Positions 27,141 to 32,000 of a stretch of 32,000 nucleotides of DNA are shown one piece after another (the stretch's first letter is position 1; each line of letters opens with the position of its first letter). The notes beneath the pieces are model-generated. The model was given only the letters and a program-made list of their open reading frames with translations, ran no database searches and was not told where the DNA came from. The position numbers and the translations under genes were made by a program. The DNA lies in NCBI RefSeq assembly GCF_016888765.1, contig NZ_CP069423.1, forward strand, positions 110,702 to 142,701, in the 5' to 3' direction. Source of the stretch: Candidatus Karelsulcia muelleri (GTDB lineage Bacteria; Bacteroidota; Bacteroidia; Flavobacteriales; Blattabacteriaceae).

Positions 27141-28202
27141 CTAAGCTTTTTTTGTTTTAGTTTCATATTCTGGTCTTAATTTTCGTATTAATTCTCCAAC
27201 TTGCCATAATTCACTATTTTTTAATTCCTTTAATTCTTTATTTAAAAGCTCTCTATAATTCCTTTTACTATTTAATGATATAGTTCGTTCGGCTTCTTTT
27301 CCAGAAGACACTTCTTTATAAAGTTCTCTAAATAAAGAAATATTAGTGTCTCGAAATTTTTTCCACCAATCTAAAGCCCCTCTTTGAGCAGTAGTCGAAC
27401 AATTTTCATACATCCAATCCATGCCTTTTTCTGCTATTAAGGGCATAAGACTTTGAGTCAGCTCTTCTACTGTTTCATTAAATGCTTCAGAAGGTGAGTG
27501 ACCATTCTCTCTTAAAACTTGGTATTGAGCTGAAAATAACCCTTGAATAGCCCCCATTAGAGTTCCTCTTTCTCCTGTTAAATCTGAAAACACTTCTTTT
27601 TTAAAAGTTGTTTTAAATAAAAAAGCAGAACCTATACCTATACCAATTGCTAAAGCTCTTTCTTCAGCTTTCCCAGTATAATTTTGAGCTATAGCATAAC
27701 TAGAATTTAGTCCTTTTCCTTCTTTAAATAATCTTCTCAAAGAAGTTCCTGAACCTTTAGGTGCAACAAGCAAAATATCAATTTCCTTTGGTGGAAAGAT
27801 TTTCGTTTTTTTATTGAAAGTTAATCCAAACCCATGAGAAAAATATAAAGCTTTTCCTGGGCTAAGAAATTTTTTAATTTTTGGCCAAACCTCAATCTGA
27901 CCAGCATCAGATAATAAAAACATAATGATACTTCCTTTATCGGCTGCTTGTTCTATTTCGAATAGAGTTTCATTAGCTATCCAGCCGTCTTTTAAAGCTT
28001 TTTCCCACGATTTGGAATTTTTTCTTTGGCCGATTATTACATTAAACCCATTATCTCTTAAATTTAAGGCTTGGCCAGGTCCTTGGACACCATATCCTAT
28101 CACTGATATTATTTCATTTGATAATATTTTTCTTGCTTTACTTAAACTAAAATCAGTTTTAGTTATAATTTCTTCTTCTATTTCTCCAATTTTAAATTTC
28201 AT
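27141..28202 (-). CDS. ilvC: Ketol-acid reductoisomerase
   Basis: VIGYGVQGPGQALNLRDNGFNVIIGQR, LSDAGQIEVWPKIKKFLSPGKALYFSHGFG, VAPKGSGTSLRRLF, FSDLTGERGTLMGAIQGLFSAQYQVLRENGHSPSEAFNETVEEL. Confidence 0.97.
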   Translation of the reverse strand: MKFKIGEIEEEIITKTDFSLSKARKILSNEIISVIGYGVQGPGQALNLRDNGFNVIIGQRKNSKSWEKALKDGWIANETLFEIEQAADKGSIIMFLLSDAGQIEVWPKIKKFLSPGKALYFSHGFGLTFNKKTKIFPPKEIDILLVAPKGSGTSLRRLFKEGKGLNSSYAIAQNYTGKAEERALAIGIGIGSAFLFKTTFKKEVFSDLTGERGTLMGAIQGLFSAQYQVLRENGHSPSEAFNETVEELTQSLMPLIAEKGMDWMYENCSTTAQRGALDWWKKFRDTNISLFRELYKEVSSGKEAERTISLNSKRNYRELLNKELKELKNSELWQVGELIRKLRPEYETKTKKA

Positions 28203-28203
28203 T

Positions 28204-28272
28204 GCTGATATTTAGTGAAACATAACATAAACTAATATAAGCTCAGATCAGCTCATCTAATCAAATATCAGC
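28204..28272 (-). promoter_or_regulatory. Candidate long-range hairpin in the ilvC 5' leader
   Basis: Perfect 10-bp inverted repeat gctgatattt (28204-28213) / aaatatcagc (28263-28272). The inner arm ends 1 nt upstream of the ilvC ATG. Confidence 0.35.
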
Positions 28273-28304
28273 CGCATCACAAAAATATATAGGATATATT
28301 ATTA

Positions 28305-28538
28305 TTAAATACAATAATAAATAGCATTTATTCCGATAATTTTAAATAATCGTATAATTATTTTTAAGATGTTTTCTACTACACATTCAATCTCTAGTAT
28401 ACAGAAAACTTTCTCGTCTTTTTTAAAAGATATATTTTTTTTTATTTCTAAATTAATTTTATTAAAGCTCATAACTATTCTCTGATTAAAATCAGAAGTA
28501 TTTTCTGAAAAAATATATAAACTTATTTTTTTTTTCAT
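28305..28538 (-). CDS. ilvN: Acetolactate synthase small (regulatory) subunit, ACT domain, minimal
   Basis: 77 aa, ISLYIFSENTSDFNQRIVMSFNKINLEIKKNI...VFCILEIECVVENILKIIIRLFKIIGINAIYY, resembling IlvN ACT; immediately downstream of ilvB and upstream of ilvC. Confidence 0.75.
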   Translation of the reverse strand: MKKKISLYIFSENTSDFNQRIVMSFNKINLEIKKNISFKKDEKVFCILEIECVVENILKIIIRLFKIIGINAIYYCI

Positions 28539-28544
28539 TTTTTC

Positions 28545-30224
28545 TTAAAAACATATTTTTGATACTGATTTATCAGTAGGTATCATTGGTAGGGTATTAT
28601 ACTCTTTTTCGACTAAAATTTCTAGTAAAACCGCCTCTTTAGAGTTTAACATCTTTTTTATATCTTTTTTTAAGTTGTCTTTAATAAAGACTTTTTTACT
28701 TTTTATGTTATATGCTTTGGAAATGTTAGTAAAATTTGGATTATATATTTTAGTATTAGAAAATCTTCTATTGAAGAATAAATCTTGCCATTGTTTTACC
28801 ATTCCTAAAAAATTATTATTAAGAATTATAATTTTGATAGGTATTTCATACTGCATTATTGTCCCAAGCTCTTGAATAGTCATTTGAAACCCCCCATCAC
28901 CTACTATACAGATTACTTGTCGTCTTTTAGCTCCTATCTTGGCGCCTATTGCTGCTGGTAAAGCGAAGCCCATAGTACCTAAACCTCCTGATGTAATTTG
29001 ACTTTTAAGAGTAGTAAAATTAAAATATCTTGAGGCAGCCATTTGATGTTGACCAACATCAGTTACTAATATACAATTATTTTGTTTATATAAATTTATA
29101 TAATTTATTACTTCGGGCATAGTAATACCTATTTTATTTTTTCTAATATCTTTTTCTTTTATATATTTCTTTTCTACTTTTTTTAATAACTTAAAGTTTT
29201 TAACCCAGGTAGCTGTGTGCTTGATTTTAAGATGTTTAATTAAAAACTTTAAATTATGTTTTAAATTTCCTAGTAAATAAAGATGAGTTTTGAGTCTTTT
29301 GTTAATTTCGTAATTATCTATATCTATATGTATGATTAGAGTTTTTGGGGAAATTTTGTTTATATTTCCTATAACTCTATCATCAAAACGTAAACCTATT
29401 GCTATTATTAAATCAGATTTTAAAATTAAAATATTATTTTGGTAATTCCCATGCATTCCCAACATACCATAATTCAAATTATGGTTGGTCTTTAAAATTC
29501 CCATACCTAATAAAGTACTAGCTACTGGTAGGTTCGTATTTTCTGCAAATTGTTTTAATTGATTTTCTGCATTTGCTAGTTTTACTCCTTGTCCAATTAT
29601 TATTATTGGTTTACGTGCTGTTTTAATTGTTTTAATTACCTTTTGTAAGTCTTTTTTATTAAGTTTATTTTTTGTTTTTATCTGTTGGTTGTTTTTGGGT
29701 GGGAATATTATTCCTTTGTTTAGTTGTTGCAGTTGGGCATTTTTGGTTATATCTATTAATATTGGACCTGGTCTCCCAGTTGTGGCTAGGTTTAAGCCTT
29801 TAGATATTACTTCGAAGATTTGATCTGGTTTAGTTATTTGAAAATTCCATTTTGTTACTGGGATTGAGATGTCTATTATATCTATTTCTTGAAAGGCATC
29901 TGTTCCTAATAACTTTGAAGCAACTTGACCAGTTAGACATAATAATGGAGTACTATCAATTAGAGCATCGGCTAAACCAGTAATTAGATTACTAGATCCG
30001 GGACCTGATGTAGCTAAACAAATCCCCGGTTTTCCAATTACTCTAGCATATCCTTGTGCTGCATGAATTGCTCCTTGTTCATGACGAGTTAATATGTGTT
30101 TTATTTGTTTTTTGTAAGTGAACAAGGAATCATATATTGGCATTACAGCTCCACCAGGATAACCAAAAAGAAATTTTACCTTATTATAAATTAAAGTTTG
30201 AACTATAATTTCAGCCCCTGTCAT
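28545..30224 (-). CDS. ilvB: Acetolactate synthase large subunit
   Basis: FLFGYPGGAVMPIYDSL, RHEQGAIHAAQGYARVIGKPGICLATSGPGSSNLITGLADALIDSTPLLCLTGQV, ThDP motif VGDGGFQMTIQELGT...KIIILNNNFLGMVKQWQ. Confidence 0.97.
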   Translation of the reverse strand: MTGAEIIVQTLIYNKVKFLFGYPGGAVMPIYDSLFTYKKQIKHILTRHEQGAIHAAQGYARVIGKPGICLATSGPGSSNLITGLADALIDSTPLLCLTGQVASKLLGTDAFQEIDIIDISIPVTKWNFQITKPDQIFEVISKGLNLATTGRPGPILIDITKNAQLQQLNKGIIFPPKNNQQIKTKNKLNKKDLQKVIKTIKTARKPIIIIGQGVKLANAENQLKQFAENTNLPVASTLLGMGILKTNHNLNYGMLGMHGNYQNNILILKSDLIIAIGLRFDDRVIGNINKISPKTLIIHIDIDNYEINKRLKTHLYLLGNLKHNLKFLIKHLKIKHTATWVKNFKLLKKVEKKYIKEKDIRKNKIGITMPEVINYINLYKQNNCILVTDVGQHQMAASRYFNFTTLKSQITSGGLGTMGFALPAAIGAKIGAKRRQVICIVGDGGFQMTIQELGTIMQYEIPIKIIILNNNFLGMVKQWQDLFFNRRFSNTKIYNPNFTNISKAYNIKSKKVFIKDNLKKDIKKMLNSKEAVLLEILVEKEYNTLPMIPTDKSVSKICF

Positions 30225-31930
30225 TTGTTTCTATTCTCTGTAATACACCCTTCTGAAGCTGAGGATACTAATTTGGAATATTTAGATAAATAGCCTGTTT
30301 TAGTCTTTGGTCTGTTTTTTTTATATTCTTTTTTTCTATTTAGTAAATCTTTTTTGGATATTTTTAATGTTATTCGATTTTTTATAGCATCTATCTTTAT
30401 TATATCTTTTTCTTGTATTAGTGCGATTACTCCACCCATTTGGGCTTCTGGGGTTATATGACCAACTACAAAACCATGAGTCCCTCCTGAGAATCTGCCA
30501 TCGGTTATTAAAGCCACTTTATTTCCTAATCCGGCTCCCATAATATATGAAGTTGGTTTTAACATTTCAGGCATTCCGGGACTCCCTTTGGGTCCAACAT
30601 ATCTGATTACTATAACATCTCCAGATTTAATCTTATTATTTAATATGGCATTATTGGCTTCTATTTCGGAATCAAATACTTTAGCTCTCCCAGAAAAGCA
30701 ATGTCCTTCTTTTCCTGAAATTTTAGCTACTGCTCCTTTAGGTGCAATATTACCGTATAATATACGAATCTGTCCTTTATTTTGGATTGGTTTGTATAAT
30801 GTTGAAATTACTTTTTGATTCGAAAAAGATATATTGGGTATACCTTCTAAATTTTCTTTTAGTTTTTTTCCTGTCACTGTTAAGCACTCACCATTTAGTA
30901 AGCCTTCATTTAGCAAGTATTTCATGATAATAGGAGTCCCTCCAATTTTTTCTATATCTTCCATTAAATACTTACCACTCGGTTTTAGATTCCCTATCAT
31001 TGGAACCTTTTCAGTCAGCTCTTTTATATTCTCAATATTAAACTTGAGTTTGGCGGTTTGACATATTGCTAATATATGTAATACTAAGTTAGTTGAACCG
31101 CCTAAAGCAATGGCAACTGTAATGGCATTTTGGATGGAATTTTTAGTAATTATTTTTTTAGGAGTTATATTTTGTTTTAATAATTCTTTAATATAAGAAC
31201 CTATTTTATTACATTCATATTTTTTATTTATATTATTAGCTAAACAAGAAGAAGAAAAAGGTAATGTCATTCCTAAGGCTTCTAAGCCTGTTGCTAGTGT
31301 ATTGGCTGTATACATGCCACCACAAGCTCCAGGACCTGGACAAGCCTGTTTTATTATGTTTTGGTATTCTGAATTTGAGATTTGGCCTATATTTTTTTGG
31401 CCTAATGCCTCAAAGGCTGAGACAATATTTAATTTTTTTCCTTGGTATTTTCCTGATTCTATGCTCCCACCATAAATTATTATTGCTGGCCTTTCTGTTC
31501 TTATTATACCCATCAATACTCCTGGTATATTCTTATCGCATCCTGGGATTCCAATTATCCCATCATAATGTTGAGCTTTTACTACACTTTCTATACTATC
31601 TGCTATTATCTCTCTAGATGGCAAAGAATATTTCATACCTTCTGTACCCATTGTCATGCCATCACTTATTCCGATAGTAGTAAACTGAAATCCAATCATA
31701 TTATTTTTATTTATTGATTGTTTTGCTGCTTGAGATAAACTATTAAGATGCATATTACATGGGTTCCCCTCATACCAATTGCTTACTATTCCTATTTGTG
31801 GTTTATATAAATCTGTTTCTTGGATGCCGGTGGCATATAACATAGCTCTGTAAGCTGGTAATTCCTCACTCTTGATTAAAGTAGAACTATATGCAGGATT
31901 ATATTGTTTTAATTTTCTGATAGACTCCAT
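30221..31930 (-). CDS. ilvD: Dihydroxy-acid dehydratase
   Basis: NPCNMHLN, GISDGMTMGTEGMKYSLPSREIIADSIE, GCDKNIPGVLM, CPGPGACGGMYTANTLATGLEALGM, GRFSGGTHGFVVGHITPEAQ; overlaps the ilvB start by 4 bp. Confidence 0.97.
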   Translation of the reverse strand: MESIRKLKQYNPAYSSTLIKSEELPAYRAMLYATGIQETDLYKPQIGIVSNWYEGNPCNMHLNSLSQAAKQSINKNNMIGFQFTTIGISDGMTMGTEGMKYSLPSREIIADSIESVVKAQHYDGIIGIPGCDKNIPGVLMGIIRTERPAIIIYGGSIESGKYQGKKLNIVSAFEALGQKNIGQISNSEYQNIIKQACPGPGACGGMYTANTLATGLEALGMTLPFSSSCLANNINKKYECNKIGSYIKELLKQNITPKKIITKNSIQNAITVAIALGGSTNLVLHILAICQTAKLKFNIENIKELTEKVPMIGNLKPSGKYLMEDIEKIGGTPIIMKYLLNEGLLNGECLTVTGKKLKENLEGIPNISFSNQKVISTLYKPIQNKGQIRILYGNIAPKGAVAKISGKEGHCFSGRAKVFDSEIEANNAILNNKIKSGDVIVIRYVGPKGSPGMPEMLKPTSYIMGAGLGNKVALITDGRFSGGTHGFVVGHITPEAQMGGVIALIQEKDIIKIDAIKNRITLKISKKDLLNRKKEYKKNRPKTKTGYLSKYSKLVSSASEGCITENRNK

Positions 31931-32000
31931 ATTATCTTATATACTCCATTAGGAGTTTGGATTTCTTTATATTCTTTTCTTCTTTTTTTTTCATGGACTT

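Noticed and set aside
28203-28272. Possible tRNA upstream of ilvC (GCTGATA...TATCAGC-A, ~70 nt)
   Set aside because: The terminal stem and discriminator-like A are suggestive, but there is no valid T-arm or anticodon arm, so it is kept only as a hairpin candidate.
30588-31061. Several 60-76 aa + strand ORFs
   Set aside because: All antisense to ilvD with no motifs; treated as spurious.
31264-31617. 117-aa ORF on the + strand
   Set aside because: Antisense to conserved ilvD with low-complexity Leu-rich composition; a by-product of a strongly conserved coding region on the other strand.
31931-32000. Possible 3' end of a (-) gene upstream of ilvD (..MKKKRRKEYKEIQTPNGVYKIIWSLSEN*)
   Set aside because: Cut by the window edge and too short to identify; not reported as a feature.
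1-32000. CRISPR arrays, IS elements, prophage genes, toxin-antitoxin or defence systems, rRNA genes
   Set aside because: None recognised by eye: no regularly spaced direct repeats, no transposase or integrase-like ORFs, and no rRNA signatures in the window.

Overview
This window looks like core genome from a highly reduced, AT-rich Bacteroidota (Flavobacteriia-like) insect nutritional endosymbiont. The assignment is an inference from gene content and order (Sulcia/Blattabacterium/Walczuchella/Uzinura type); no database was searched. From left to right it holds: (-) pnp with a truncated rpsO; (+) rpmE; (-) tsaD; one long (+) str/S10/spc/alpha cluster (rpsL-rpsG-fusA-rpsJ-rplCDWB-rpsS-rplV-rpsC-rplP-rpsQ-rplN-rplX-rplE-rpsN-rpsH-rplF-rplR-rpsE-rplO-[infA remnant]-rpmJ-rpsM-rpsK-rpsD-rpoA-rplQ) followed by rsmH; rnpB (RNase P RNA); (-) mutL, lysS and tRNA-Arg(ACG); (+) pdhA and a dihydrolipoyl acyltransferase gene; (-) a small PD-(D/E)XK/HsdR-N-like conserved protein; (+) holA and trxB; (-) ilvD-ilvB-ilvN-ilvC. 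I found no mobile element, CRISPR, toxin-antitoxin or defence island, and no convincing new multigene system. The most interesting signals concern genome erosion. (1) The two arms of the RNase P RNA P1 helix appear to encode the C-termini (KTVC) of both convergent flanking genes, rsmH and mutL. (2) infA is a frameshifted, stop-containing remnant, and secY, rpmC and rpmD are absent from their usual places. (3) rpsO is truncated at both ends and abuts an AT microsatellite. (4) rpoA has an eroded alpha-CTD. (5) MutL and TrxB have altered motifs. (6) A nuclease-fold orphan is retained without an ATG start. rpmJ, infA and both RNA genes are not in the supplied ORF track.
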